A stretch of DNA of 64,000 nt from Dicyema japonicum (GCA_011109175.1 RDEW01000056.1:186001-250000); one strand, 5' to 3'. Shown: positions 26,071-40,841, counted from the stretch's first letter. Numbers and translations: made by a program. Notes: generated by a model not told the origin, from the sequence alone.

Positions 26071-26879
26071 GTCGTCCTATTTATTGCCTAATTTTCATTA
26101 TTAATATTTTATAATAATTAGTTCAAATTATTTAAAATTTAATAGAGAGATATAGTAGTGGTCGTAGGGTAGAACTTAATAGAACTTTTATTTTGAAAGA
26201 GTGCTTTTATAGTACCCCATAAAAATAATATTTAATGATAAAACAGCATAAAAAGACTTTCTCAATAGATTTTTATTAGAACTTATTTCACAAAATCTTC
26301 ATTCAATTCTCCAATCAGGGACCATTTCAAGATGCTCAACACGCCGTTGATATTGTGTGACTTGACTGAGCACTACCAATAAAAGCAATCTGTGTCCAGT
26401 AGACGTGGAGTACTAAAACAACTACACGTGCACGTACCGAGTTTGTCGAATTTTAATACTTAGAACGGTAAAAGTCGGAAATATGTGAATACTCGACCCC
26501 CAGCGGACTGCGGGAAACATGGGGTACTGGTTTGGAAAATATTACAGAACAGTAAAGGACATTGTCACTGTGGTAACATGAACCCAAATTGTGCAAAAAA
26601 TAGGCATGGGGGAAATGAAGACAGTGGGGATTACCACCATCATTAATATTAGCATATGAGATGATATCATTTGCTTCCATATTGATCATATAGTACTCCT
26701 TCCGTTTGGGTACATGCGTATTTTGCCTGGGAAGTTGTTCTATCGCAGTATTTGTAAGGAAATATGGCGCCTGACTAAGGAATTCTATAGATGATATTAA
26801 TTGGCCTTCTTGGATCACCTGATAGCCTTTTCCTTTTAATGAGTGTTTCACCTAGTGATTTTTGGATTATTAAAAAACG

Positions 26880-27210
26880 TATTAAAATGTTATAAGGAGT
26901 ATGGAAGATTGGTGCTCACACAGTCCTATAAACGCGTATGGACAGTATATCGAGTCATGTTTCTCATATTTATGCTCCAAGTGTAAAAAGTCCATATCTT
27001 TGAAAAATAAGAGGAAGATCGAGGAAATGAAAAAGAGGACTTTCAGAGTAATAGAGCGTAAAATTTATGGAGAACACCGAACAGGATCGACGCTTATGGA
27101 AATCCTTATGAGACTAGATTCAAGAATGCGGCCCCGTAAATTCAGTAAGCAGTCCTTTACCAAGGGTGAGACACCAGCAAATATGAGGTCCTTGTTCTTG
27201 GGATGTTAAA
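26880..27210 (+). mobile_element. Family-B LINE 3' fragment
   Basis: QYIESCFSYLC..EILMRLDSR, homologous to 29700-30010. Confidence 0.65.
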
Positions 27211-28199
27211 CTAAAAATAGAGTAACTTCTGAAGAAATCTATTCTGACTGTCGTTTGTTCAAAGCAGAAATATAAACTTTTTAGCGAAGGTTAATTCTCG
27301 TCAGACAAATCCCTTCTGGCACGACACGGTTGTCGAAGGGGATCTTCATAACATCTCCTGACCAAATCCACTGATTAAGATTACCTTCCACCTATGAATG
27401 TAGTGATGTCCGCGACTGTAAAACGTATGATGAAAATAGAAGAGGGCAATTTACCTCTCATCTGAACATAATTATACTAAACGACGATCTCAAAAAAATA
27501 GGGAGACGTCTTAGAGAGAGTTTAGATGGACCTTGATCGCAGGAAGACGATGTTAGTTTCTCAGGTTGAACATGACTTTCCATGATCATGGAAGCGAAGG
27601 GGCATTAACAATAAGTAAACTACCCCATCCGTGGTAGAATCACGGTAGGGATAGATAAATTAGTAGTTCATGAATGTGGAGTCTGAATTCGATATAAGCC
27701 TGGATTCTTGGATTTCTATACTGAAAGTTGTGTAGGTCAATACACTCATCGGAAGGTCAAATGATGTTCAGCTACACTAACTTTTTGTATTTAATAAAAA
27801 TTCTATTAAGAAAATAGTAAAATAAAATTGGAAAAAATAAAAGCTGTAGGCAAAAAAATATTGTAGTTAGATTTAATGCAATAGAAATGGATAAATCTGG
27901 ATACATTATCAATTTCACCACATCTTTATTATTTTTCATCTGAGATTTATTATACTTTGCGTAGAAATTCAGAAGGAACATGAACGTTCTAAAAATTTTC
28001 TTGGTTCAATCAAACTGCGATCATTTCTTTAACTGAGGCAAGTTTAGTTGTTTCAGTTAAATGAGTTTTTTTTAATCTACTCTCGTTATCTGAATTATAT
28101 TAAATTCCATTAATTTTTGTAGTTGAAAAATGATTATCGAACATATTGTTTGAAACAGGTTACTTACTAAAAATAAAATTAGCATTTATAGTAGTTATA

Positions 28200-28780
28200 G
28201 CAGATGCAGAGGTTACGGAGTTAGCGTTTTCGCGGATAAGTGCAATTCCCATTAGTTGCCTCCGCCAGACCACTTCCCGCACGTTTTTCTTACGATGAAC
28301 AAAAGCTCGAATTGATTGCAGATTGGCACGTTAAAGTGGCTGTTTAGAAGAAATTTGGCTGATTTTCTCAATACGACAGAGTTGAAAGACTCGACCTCGT
28401 TGATAAAATTACTTTCCAAGTATGTGATAATTATATTTATCTAAAGTCCGTGGTTTGTTAGTGTGACCTGAATGCATTGCAGATGTCCAGTTCGACTCAT
28501 AATGAGTAGATTTTGTTCGTCTTTCTGTCCAAAAAAGCATTTCGTAGCATGCACCACTTCCTCGCATTTTTCTGGGATCACGAATGGGCGGTAATCTGCC
28601 GAGGGACATGGATGCTTTCGTCTGAGCTGTTCGATCACTTCAGGCGTTTCAGCCAGAACAGCATCGTTACTGGCAACGACGCACAACGTCGCTCGGACGT
28701 CGCCTTCAAATAGGTACGATTTACTCTCTCTTCAAGTTTGTCCAGGGCTACTCAAAAAACAGATGATTGGCATCAGGGTT
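28200..28780 (-). mobile_element. CRE-like RT N-terminal fragment
   Basis: VVASNDAVLAETPEVIEQLRRKHP corresponds to the CRE 'LR.KHP' block also seen near 24290. Confidence 0.55.
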
Positions 28781-29377
28781 TTGTTTCAGGACTTCCGTCA
28801 TGGTGACAGAATATACAGGCTTTTAATTAATAAAAATGATAAAAATTACTTTTATATCATTTTCATAATAATATAAAATGATATTGAAATTGAGATCGCT
28901 TCACAAAACTACCTCAAGCAGGTCGAGGTAGAAAGTTCACAGGTATGACCTACTGGCGAACGAACTAGAGATTGTCCATCGTGCAAAAAAATAATCCATG
29001 TGGTAATCACATGGGATGAAATTGTCTCCAAATTCTTTAAAGGATGCCCCTAGGTGGAGGAGAGAGAGTCAAAGCTTATATACAGACGCTAGTGTTACGG
29101 AAGACTTTGGAGAGTATGCAAGCTGAGGAGAGGCATGGAGCATCGATGCCTGTTGATGAGGAAGACGGCATGGAATGTTAAACAAGAGTAGTCTCGGAAT
29201 TTAGGGAATGCGGCGACGTGAACACGCCTATAAAGGCAATAGGATTTTGCCTCTAGAATAGAAGATTGAATTAGTCGGGCGTTATTAAAGAATTACCTTT
29301 ACATATTTTTAATTAATAAAATTTCGTTTAAATGATAAAAAATCTAGCATTATAGCACTTAAATTGCCATATTCATA

Positions 29378-30240
29378 ACCCTTTGTGAGTCCTGCTTGAG
29401 GATGTGGAGGTACTAAGAACTGCAGTAAATAAAGACACAACGCTTCTGGAGAGGTGGTTTTTGAAGATCAAATCAGAAATAAAACATAGTTAATACTTTA
29501 CCTCTGACAAAAGATTAGGAAGGAAAACACCTTGAAGTTAAACAAGGTCGGCATTCCTTTCAACAGATGTCATAAGATCTTGGGTGTGACAAATGATGTG
29601 CATCTCTGTTTGACACCACATGTAGAAAACATTCTATTGAAATGCATGAAGAAACCGAACGTATTGAAAAGTTTATCGGGAATATGGAAGAGTGGTACTC
29701 ACCCAGTCTTGATGAACATGTACAAACAGTACATCGAGCCATGTTTTTCATATGCATGCGCCTCGTGGGGACCGTTCATATCTTGGACAAATATGAGGAA
29801 ATGCAAAAAGGGCTTATAGATAACGGAACGTTGGAGTTGTGAAGATCACCGAACCGGACCTACGCCTCTGGAGGCCCTTATGAGACTAGACTCCAGATCA
29901 AGGAAGGTGACCTTGTAAATTCAGGCAGCTGTCCTGTACGTTCACGCGTAGGCATGAAGGAAGAATACCGGGCAAAGATGAGGTCTCTGTTAGAATGCAT
30001 CGGGATCACGTGATAATTAGTTGGTTTTACCTTGGTCTTGGGTTAAATAAATAAAAATTGTAATTTATTGCAATTGGGTGGCATACTGATTACTAATCAG
30101 TGAGATCCGAGGGACGTGCCTGTGCTACTATGGATATCCAATTCTACGTCCTATACGTGATGTGCAGTTTTGGGAAAGGAACATTAGACCAAGATTAGGT
30201 CATTGTTGAAGCATGTCTGAATCACCTGATTAGTTAGTTC
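29378..30240 (+). mobile_element. Two stacked family-B LINE 3' ends (inverted copy of 1440-2322)
   Basis: Reverse-complement similarity to 1440-2322; end motifs at 30001-30022 and 30219-30239. Confidence 0.85.
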
Positions 30241-30320
30241 ATATGTCTCTATGCAGTCTATTCGAGCTAAATGTTAAATGCATCTACCACGCTTCTTGGC
30301 TTGACGAGTGACATCGTCAT

Positions 30321-31802
30321 CAGTGGTTCCCAACCTTTTGAGAGCACGAAACCCTATCGACATTTTTCATTTTATGCTGAACCCTATATAGTTTTTAACA
30401 ATTTTCAGTATTTTACTAATATAAAAAAATAAAATACTAGTTGTGAGATTGTTGAGGCTGATGTCTCTTCCATAGCTATGTGATATTTGTCCTTGACAAA
30501 GATAAAAGTAGGTTTTCTTCCACATACAGTAGGTTCTCGCGGTTTTATGGTTTATATTTGTTAATGCAGAACATCCACTTTCACAGAAATAGATGTTGAA
30601 AACTGCATCAAACCCCTTTAAGCTTTGTTTGCCAGAATAGGATATTCTTTTTAATGATCAGATAAAAAAGAATCAATATCAAGCTGTAAATATTCCATTT
30701 TATACGTTCTGTTACTTGAAACTAACGCAAGTTCTTCTTCCTCTTTTAATTATAGCTCGTTTCCAGTAGTTTCGTACTCAGCATAAGGATTCCTTACCAA
30801 ATCATAGTTTAACTGATTTGGGTGGAAAATAATTTTTGTACATGTAAATAGTGACTCCAAATAGTGTACAATTTGTAGAACAATTTCTTTAAAATTTCTT
30901 TCTGTCAAATGAGGGAACATTTCCAAGTTTCCATTCTTGATATGTCGTTTCCATATTTCTAGTTTTTTCAGAAAATCAGTTATTTTGTTGCGCAACTAAA
31001 TAGATTTCATTTGTTCCTTGCATGCTACCATTGAAAACATTGAGTTCATGAAAAATATCGACGAGGTATGCTAATTTGCCACACCAACATTCAGGCATTC
31101 AATAAAGTCATCCAACGTGTCTTGTATACAAAAAGCCAACAATTCGTGTCTTAGAACCGAATTAACATGTTTCCCTTTGAGAGTTATCTTACTTCAGATC
31201 CAAAATCAAAACTGAATGTTCTGCATTTTCAAAGTTTTGAGAACTGTCGCAATTTCAACGACTTCATTTTTATGTAATTAATTATTTTTACAACCATGTC
31301 CAAACACTCAAAAATATGAATTTATAAGATTGAAAATGTCATCCCTTTTTTCCGAGCAACTCTTTGCAGCAAAGAAAATCTTCAACAATGAATTCATCGA
31401 TCATATATCCAACGAAAACAAGGAGTGAATTCTTCCCGTCATATCTAAGCTTTCATCCACTTAAGCGCAAAAAAGATTTTTTTTTGCTTAACCAATGTGG
31501 TTTAATCTCATCAGACATATCCTTGATTCGTCTGCTCACAGATTTATTAGAAATATGAATTAAGTCGAACTCAGAGGCAGCAATTTCTCCGAAGATTATC
31601 TTCACTACTTTTATGTTTGCATGTAAAATAACAGTTTCGGCGAGAGTATGTGATTTCATATTTTACGAAAATCAACAGCACAACTAGCATGCACTACTTT
31701 TTCGTTTATTTTGAATTTTTTGTAAAACGGGATGCTTGAACTTTATTTTGGTCCAATTTCCGCATAAAATATTTATTTTTTTTCTTTGAAAGGTCAGGGT
31801 GC
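30321..31802 (-). mobile_element. hAT transposon remnant, inverted copy of 234-1366 retaining an extra ~0.37 kb
   Basis: Starts with the TIR CAGTGGTTCCCAAC. ORF 31453-31659 is KSHTLAETVILHANIKVVKIIFGE. Segment ~31047-31411 is absent from copy 1. Confidence 0.85.
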
Positions 31803-32679
31803 TCGTCTGATCTTTCGCTTGAGAGACCTTTCTTACCGCACATGTTTACTCCGTCGGTCTTTTGTTTTTTGATTTTAAGAAAAAGCCAAAGTTGTTGATT
31901 TTAAAAAAAACCTCACGTGGAAGATTGTTCAATATTGGTGCAAGTTTGAAGGAGACCACGTTGAAGTCTTTTTGAAGTTGGACGGCAAATTTGTCAGTGA
32001 CTTTAAAAACGATTTTGTACAAACAAAACATCACTGGAAAGTAAATAGAGTGGAGTCTATATTTGCATTGTAAAGAACATATTAAGGGATGATATGCTCG
32101 TTTTTGGATATATTGTGGTCTCACGTGTTCAAAACAGTAATTTTGTCTTAACGTTGGTTACCATCTTTATATCCTCCATAACAATCAATATATTAACCTC
32201 TATAATGGTCGAGTGAGTTTATCACATTATTCTTTTGTATAATAAAGGCTTATTAATTTGTTGTGATTGGGTAATTTAATGTAATATCTTCTCCTTGATC
32301 AATTTATGATCAGGTGAATGGTTATGGGTTCAATTCTCCTATTGGCTACTTGGTGGAAGGTTTTTATTTATTTTCCATATCTACTAAAGTAGTGTCACTT
32401 GTCTCAGGCGATGTCCAGTGTTAAAATTACACAAATAATATCATTTTTCTGTCCCAGTGCATTGGAGAGGTTCCAACGACTACAAGGACTGGTCTTTCCT
32501 ATCCAGACCCAGATAATGCTTTTAAGCAAGCCGAGGATCAGAGAATGAAGAACTGAAGCATTTCGAAGGATCATTTGTTTGTCATATTTGCTTTTGAGAC
32601 GTCAGGAATCCTTATTCCAAAAGAGGTCGAAGGAATCCTTAGTTGTTTGTTATTCGTATTTTTTACCGACTTCTCCGTT

Positions 32680-33230
32680 CACTATATGAACTTTTAATTT
32701 CAGATGATTGAACGACCTCAAAAAAAGCATCCACTGGCATGCGACATAGCCACAAGAAGAGGATAGAACTAAATACCAGGTTTAGAATATACAAAGCTGT
32801 TGTCATCCCAGGTGCTAACCTACAACTATGGGACATGGGGAATCTCTAAACGGGAAATGGACCGTCTTGACTCTTTCCACAGTGCTCAGCTCAAAAATCA
32901 AGATTAACTGGCCTATGAAGATCTCTGATGCAAACCTTTAAAATAAATGCAAATACTGCGTGCTGTCAGATGATATTTTGAATAAAGACGTCTAAATGAC
33001 CAGTTCTAATGACCATTTCGCAATGGTCAACTACTTCGCACACACAGGAGTCGGATTTGGCCGAAGACCAAAACAACATTTCTGACTCTTCTTAACGAAG
33101 ACACATCGGCCGATGGTATGAGACTAAATTCGACAGACGATCTGGACTACCTAAGAGAACAAGTGCGCAACTGAGGATAATTGTCGAGGTTGACTGAAGG
33201 ATATCTAGGAATACGGCACAAGCGAAATTT
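32680..33230 (+). mobile_element. RTE 3' fragment
   Basis: FRIYKAVVIP..TYNYGTWGISKREMDRLDSFH..STDDLDYLRE. A related piece lies at 34560-34940. Confidence 0.6.
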
Positions 33231-33339
33231 AACTAATTTATGTTTTCTGGGGAGTGGTTTTAATGATTAAATTGTTTTCCGCAATTAAATTTTGTTTCTA
33301 AACAATAAAAGATTAATTTCGATGTGTTTCATTTTCACG

Positions 33340-34310
33340 TGGTATAGTTTGACTCAAAGCCTCGCATACAACTCCACTGAGCTAATTGCCATTCTCACCA
33401 TCCACAAAATCAATATTTCTTTCCTACAAGAAACGTAACTATCTGGAAAATCAATTTTTCCTTAATTCAAAAATTATTGTATTATTCGCCGGGACGACCT
33501 AATTCAGGCATGAGAAGCTATGTACTCATCCTTATAAACAAGTCAATTACTTTTTGTGATACTTCTACTCGGACACACGCTCTGATTGAAAGTCACATTG
33601 GACATACTTCCGTCCATGTCACCGTAAACATTCGTAAATATTTACATCCCAGCACCCGGTCCCTGTATAAAACAATACTCCCAAAAACTGACTGAACGGC
33701 AAAGACCCACTTTGGCTAATCTGTGATTAGGGTAAAGAGAGAGAGTTTATATACAATATATTAACTGAAAAAAAATCCCACATTCGAATAACTTCCAGAG
33801 GAACTTGAATGATGGAACAATTTCATTACCAAAATGCACCACTGAACGAAACTAAAGGATTTCTGGGGGATGCTTACGTGGTATTCAGTCGAGACAAAAT
33901 AGAATGGATACAACCCACGCCACCAGTATTGACAAGAATCAAACATCACTTAATTTCGCCATAATGGACCACCAGATACCATAATGGACCACCAATACGA
34001 AAAAGTAATTTAAGGTTCAAACTCCTCAAGGAAAACCTATTTGTAATCACGACTGAAGTTGAAAACTTTATAAAAACGTAAAAACTCTTTTGCCAAAAGG
34101 CTTGATGGAATCTGCGTCTAAAGCGGATGGGAATGCAGGGACTTAAAGCAATCACAAATCTGATTTCTGTGTCCATCAACAACTGTAGAATTCCTGTACT
34201 ATGGAAGATACAAAATAATCCCAACCCTGAAGCCCAAAAAAGATACTTCAGATCCAGGATCTTTCAGACTGATTTCACTACTATCTATAGTGTCGAAAAT
34301 TGTTAACGTG
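33340..34310 (+). mobile_element. Ingi/Vingi-like APE and RT-start fragments
   Basis: ELIAILTIHKINISFLQET (APE), and IPVLWKI..IIPTLKPKKDTSDPGSFRLISLLS (RT domain 0/1). Confidence 0.6.
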
Positions 34311-35455
34311 TTGTATCCGTTGAAGGAATTTTACTTATTTTCCATTTTTTCGAATTCTTAGTGGAGTTAGACAAAATATAATTGTCACCGTCCTTTGGAA
34401 GAATCCGCCGCTGAGAGAATCTAGCTTATTTCCAAAAAATAATTACACTAAAATGAATTGGGGAAATATATTAGATTTGTTATAAAAAACTAAAAAATAT
34501 ACTATTTCAAAAAATAATTAATCACACTTGTTGGTTGCGGTGGAGACGAGGCCTTGATTGCACTATGTCTTATTTGTATTCCTTACCGACTTCTCCGTTC
34601 ATTCTGTAATCTTTCAATTGCAGAGGACTTAAATAACCTTATCAGAAACACCAACTGGTATACAATCTAACCAAATATGATTTCTCTGTTTGCTGTCTAC
34701 AAAAGACAAAAACGACCAACAATGTACAGAACTGTTTTGAAAATTCCACCTTTTTATCCTCTCATCGGCCTGCCGACATTATGGTCTTAGATTTGCAGTC
34801 TACCGGGATCTGCGGACAGCATTTGATATTAAAATAGAAATAGCGGTCGACCTGGACTTCCTAAGAGAACTAGTGCGGAACAGAAGATCATGTTCGAAGC
34901 TGACGGTGAGAAGACAGAATCAGGATATTGGTGAAAATACGGCTTCACGAAATAAGGCTCTAAATCAATTAATGAAATTTTTTTGAATTTTAGATCTAAA
35001 AATATTAATCATCAATATGAATCCCATAACGGTTTCTTTAAGGTAAAGGGTCGTTAATAGCTCAGCTTTGACTTTGTCAGTATCGTTTTAATAACATAAG
35101 TCGTAAAGATTAAGCAATTTATTTAAAAAATTTTATAATAATATTTACAAATTCGGCATTGTACAATTTTTCTAATTTTTTCATTAATTCATTAAAAAAT
35201 TTCATTAATTCATTTAGAGCCTTATTTTGTGAAGCATGTATTGCAAAAGTACCGAAAATACTCCCAATTTTAATGAAACGAGAAAGTAATCCGCGGGAGA
35301 TTCTATCAGAACCTCACTAATGAGGACCATGCTGGGAGATAATCTCTCAGTTTATATTCGAGGAACGTGTTACTTGCCATTCGTCATCTCATAATAAATT
35401 GTTTCCAAATGCTTCCCATACCTAGTTGTAGTTAAGTAATAATTCCATGTAAACC

Positions 35456-35745
35456 AACTAATTAAGTAATCCCGGTTCGCCTCAAAAGGATCGAGAGGTT
35501 TTTAGACGTGCTAGTTTGCCAAATAGGGAATTGATCATAAGTGAATTTGATATCCAAGCTCCAGAGGCCCATGAGGCACAAGCATACTCAATCGGCAGTT
35601 TTAATAGTTGATTGAACACGACAAGGGCGCATTTTTGTGACGGCCTGGACTTCAAGAGCGGTTTGATTATATTTAGTTTCCTGAGACCCTTTGTCAAAAC
35701 GTTCTTTACATACTGAGAAAATGTCATCAAAGGGTCAAAGAGTCA
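35456..35745 (-). mobile_element. Family-A LINE 3' fragment (homologous to 2385-2890)
   Basis: ORF 35482-35730 (KSRPSQKCALVVFNQLLK..YACASW); end motif at 35456-35473. Confidence 0.8.
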
Positions 35746-36008
35746 ATTATAATTTTAGACTTTTTTGATTAATGAATTAATGAAAATTAAATTTTTATAA
35801 TTATAAAATTAATATAAATATCATTTTTAAATTATTAAAAATAAATTCATCAATATAACAAGTGAATAAAATTATACACATCGACTTGTTCACTATACAT
35901 GATTATGTTATTGCTAATGATATTGTTCTCAATCACGAAGTTCGTCTTTAAACATATGATGTCAGTAAATTTCAAAAGTTTATTGAAAAGTATCGTTACA
36001 AATGTAAT

Positions 36009-36790
36009 TTATAAATAATAATGGTAGACAAACGATAATTCAATTGAACAGTCATCCGGATAAATAAAAATATTAGTATTATTATTCCTCGGAAGCGGAA
36101 AACTCGCCATGAATATATTAAACAAAATAGGGCTTAACACCGAACCTTGTGGTACTCCCCTATTGATTGATATTGCATCGGGAATATTTCCACACACCTT
36201 GACAAAAGAATGTCTTTTCTGAAGATAATTTCTTATCCAAATAAATAGGTATCTTGGAACACATGTTGATACAAGCTGTTTTAACAACGTTTCATTGCAT
36301 TCCTTGTCGAATGCTGTCGATATATCAAGACATAATAAGTTTATTTGCCTTTTGGAATCCCAAGCGTTCATGATTTCAGAATTCAGTAGAAAGAAACAGT
36401 CTGCACATCCTCCTCCGAGACGAAAACCCCACTGTTCCGAAATCAGAAAGTCATTCTCTTTGATATGTCTCCTTGCCTTTTGAAAATGATACGTTCAATC
36501 ACTTTCGCTAAAGAACATATTAAGCTAGTTGGTCTGTAGCTTGCCGGATCTCTCTTTGGCTTCCCTGGTTTTGGAATCATCCTCACAACAGCTTTGTTCC
36601 ATAATAAATGGAGGTGGCCAAGTCGTAAACACTCATCATAAAAACATCGCGGATAGTCAAATAAAATATCCGGACACTTTTTAATAAGTTCTTTGAATTT
36701 TTTGTAGCTGATTCCAGAATATATAAATATGTTTCCTCTGTTATGCATACTCCCCCGTCTGGTTTATTCAAATTAATTTTTGGAGCCATT
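36009..36790 (-). mobile_element. LINE RT fragment (Ingi/Jockey-like)
   Basis: IPKPGKPKRDPASYRPTSL, LDISTAFDK, RGVPQGSVLSPILFNIF and YPDD. Confidence 0.75.
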
Positions 36791-39700
36791 GAGTCGCCGT
36801 TTCAATGACCGGTTTTGAGCAAATACCAGTTCATTGTAAGGGAGTTTGTTTCAGTACAAATCACTTTCTCTTTATTCATGACCTGAAGATGTATGCTCAA
36901 CAGCCGAGGAGCTCTACATCATGGGGGTCTGTGCCCAAAAATTTTAGAGAGTATAAGACTAGATTTGAATTATTTTAAGTTTGCGACTAACATGCAAGTA
37001 AGTAGCGAGTTAGTAATAGTCCTAGAGGAACACGAACGATATAAGTGTCTGGCTGTTACCGAAACTCCAAAGTCCCTTATAATACCTTAGAGAAAGCAAC
37101 AAATTACTGAAGGCAATCGTAAAAGAGCAGCGTTATTATGTAAGACGTCTCTAAATGCAAGGAATTTTGTGAACCGACTATCTTAAATGCGAGTCTTGAT
37201 AATAGTACAACTCTCGTAAGTTCCCTTTTATATACCTTTCACAAATTTATAGACTTCTCAATTGTCAGCCAGAATGAGAAAATCTTACTCCGTAATATTA
37301 AATTCAACAAATTCATTTCCAAATAGAACTACCGTACAAATAAAATAGTTTCCAAGACCTACCGTGGTATTTAGACGATACAAAATAAAGAGACCGCAAC
37401 CCTCGGAATTGGTATTGATAGGAATCTACCCCATGTGATTTTACTTATTGAGGTGATTCCATAATAAACCACTACTCAATAGTGAGTCAAACCAACTTGA
37501 ACAAATGAACTCACCTTGTTAACTAAGACTAAATTATACAAAACATACTTCTCCAGTCAAACATGCAGAGTCATCTCTACCGAGAGACATCCGGATAAAG
37601 ATGACTTGTCCTTAATATAAAATGGATTATTTTTTATCTTCATAGTGTAACTTCTCCGAGTTGTCAAGTTCTATCAACTAATTTCTAACAATGTTCCATA
37701 GTTTACCAAATTTTTATAAAAAGCACTTTATCCGTAGTAATAATATAACAAAAAACTATGCTTATTCGAATATATTTTACAGTTTTGAGTAATATTTCGG
37801 TACAATCGGAATCGACCTGTTGTATTCTCTGTTTAATTCTGCAATTTAAATTTTCTGTCTACAGATGTTTATTAATTTTGGTAAGATGCTGTTTTTTGGG
37901 TGGCTTCATCATTATGAAAGATTTTACCTGCAGCGTTTGTTCCCTGGATAACAAACGATCCATTGTTTGATTGTTCCTTGTTATTCTTCCTGGAATGTGT
38001 CAGGCTGTCAAGATACTATCACAAATACTTATCACGAATATCGACTGAGAATCGAACCCAATTAGTGCAGCAAATCCGTACCGTTAATGTATTTAATATA
38101 AACAAATTTAGTAATTTATCAATATTTAATAAACTCTATGCAAGTAATGGGCTATTATGAATTTCAACTACAATAAAAGCCTGAGAGTGTTGCACTCCCA
38201 TATTTTGAGGTTCTCTGAGTTTATGGATATTAACCTAATTTCCAATTTTGTGGTAAATCGGGATACAATCAAATATACAACTACTGATTTCAATATCATC
38301 ATTAACAACCTTCATCGTATAACATGCTTAAAGATCCATGATTCAAACACAGAAATAGTCACAGTTGATGAAGTAAAAATCTTATCACCTAATATTCTAC
38401 AGGAAAGCAGACATCTTTTTCCAGCGTTAAAACTCGCAAGTACCCTTCTATCATAGAGATTCCGTACACGTTACAATTTCCTTTAGTATTCCAACAAGTA
38501 AATAATATTTTGATGGATCAACGGGTAAGGTAGAAATTTCATTATGAGGAGTAGTTAAAAATATCTTGGAACCTCTTCTGTCAACAAGATGTATTCTACC
38601 TGCTAAATCTCACCAATGCACAAATTCTTAAATAAAACTGAGGACTATCATAAACGGATGATGATCTGTTTAAAAATAGGAAATGAGAATCGCATGATAT
38701 AACCCTCCCAAGTCCTTCTTCCACGTCGCATATTCGAAGTGTTCGTTTCTTGCTTTAAAAGCCAAGTATATCCATAAATCGTCGTTCAAAATTTGAGATC
38801 GACAATGCTATTTTTCCCAAATTGACGTCGTGCTTATTCCTGTACAGTTTATTATAGAACCAATGTTGAGGGAAAAGTCTGGATCCTTGATTTCCTCCTG
38901 AAACTATAGATCCGACCCTCCACAATCCTACTAATCAGTTCTAAGCTTGTCTTGGTACTCTCTTCGGCAGTCTATCAGTTTTTTGATTAAGGAGACTTAC
39001 TGGCCGGGTCGCCTTGTCTGCCCTAGAAGCGATAAGATCTTCTCCTTCTTGTGATCCAAGAACCACCCTTCGACCCATAAAGTAGGCTAGGGAGAATAGC
39101 TCTTTTGAAGATGAACGGCTAACTTGTAACTTTCGTGTACTTCCTTCTCTCCCTTTCGTCGTCCATGTAATATCCTGCGTGTCCATAGTTGACCCCCAGA
39201 TATCTCAGACTCGTGCATTGTTTACTCTCAGAGTGTATTATTGTTTAGGTATTTTTTCATATTATTTATTCGGATTTCACATGATTTTTCAGCAGAGTCA
39301 CTAACAATTCATGCTTAGTAGAGTCAAAAAAGAAGAGGATGAACAGAAACAAACAAAAAATCTTCAATTCAAGTAGCCACATAAATCGACTCTATCGTTG
39401 ACGCCACGTGGCCTAGTTGAGTATTAAAATACATAAAATTTCCAATTTCAAGCATTATTGCTCTGAATAAATTTCACACATTTTAATTTTAAAATATTAA
39501 CTGATGTGATTGATAAAGTCCGTCTCCTCTTAAAGCCAGGCCTACCCCTACATTACGGCTCTTTGTACTAAATAGTTTGGCTCGTCATGGGATGAGTATT
39601 TCATTCCTTAATTTCATTGTTCAAACGTCAAATAAGCAGCATCCCCCAATCGGTTGGATGTTTACAAATCCATGGCATCGGGAATTCACTCGACAATGAT

Positions 39701-40630
39701 AATCTTTATATTGGCAATCCATATCGCTTTGGCTTGGGTGTTTATGAGTTATGAGTTACACCGATGGCTCTTGGAAGATGATCGAGGATTTTTCTATTTC
39801 AGTCTTAAAATTATCTTCAGCATTTTTGTAGAGGTCAGAGGGTTTGTTTCAGACATTACAGCTAATTAATGCGGAAATGGAAGATAACCTTAGTGAAAGA
39901 TCAAGGGACATCTTTAATCATTGGGACAACTCCCACGTCTCATTTATTGAGTCCATTGGTTTAGTATAACGAGGTGTTAGACCTCTGAGTCGACAGAAGT
40001 AATTTCAGTGCTTACACTCTTATTAATATGTATGTCCCCCTCTTCTTTCTGCCAAATGTCTTCTTTCTGAAATTTCTACTCAACTCCAATAACTTTATCA
40101 TTTACAATGAACTCAATTTTTCTGACTCACAATGATATTTGGTTCAGTTCTCAGATACCAGAGAAGGATATACTTCATGTAGTCAAGCTTTAGGACAGTG
40201 TACTGAGTAGTGCAAGTGAAATTTATGAAGAATGATGAGAGTTACCACAATTCCACTATGAGAGCTGACCAGTAAGTGATCTGTAAATTTAGATATGGCT
40301 CATACTCTAAAATTTTGCAAAAAATCAATATTTTCTTTAGTCAAATGTCCATTTTTTTCATAGTCGCAAGCTGAACCACAATGTGATTCTTATTGATATT
40401 TTTATCGCCTCAGAGAAAGTATAATTTACATAAAACTCAAAAGCTACAAATATTTTATCTAAAATGTGATTTTATTAGTTAAATTGGAAAAATCAACAAA
40501 AATGGGAGAGTAAAGACCAAGTCTAGATGTTAGTAGTATAATTAACAACTATCCATTTGTTGAATCCCATAATTAGAAGACCGATTGGGATAATGAGATC
40601 AGAGATAATTTTTGACTTGAACTTTGACCG

Positions 40631-40841
40631 GCTTGACGAGTGACGCCGTGGATACTCACTGCGAACTGGATTGTCTAGAAAAGGACCCACACACAAGAAA
40701 AAGAAAAAAAGAAGTGAAGATCATTCCTTGGTTCAACGATTAGTTAAAAGTAACTGTTCTTTACTTAAATAAAGTGTGTATCCTGCTATGCAGAGCTATA
40801 TATTATGGCTCTCGTGAAAAGGGTGTTATTATTATTATTAT
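40631..40841 (+). mobile_element. 5'-truncated SINE copy
   Basis: Matches 56205-56414, ending in a (TTA)n tail. Confidence 0.85.

Noticed and set aside
26280-26851. Carboxylesterase-like C-terminus (GSCYHSDNVLY..YWTQIAFIG)
   Set aside because: Only two loose motif resemblances; cannot be supported without a profile search.
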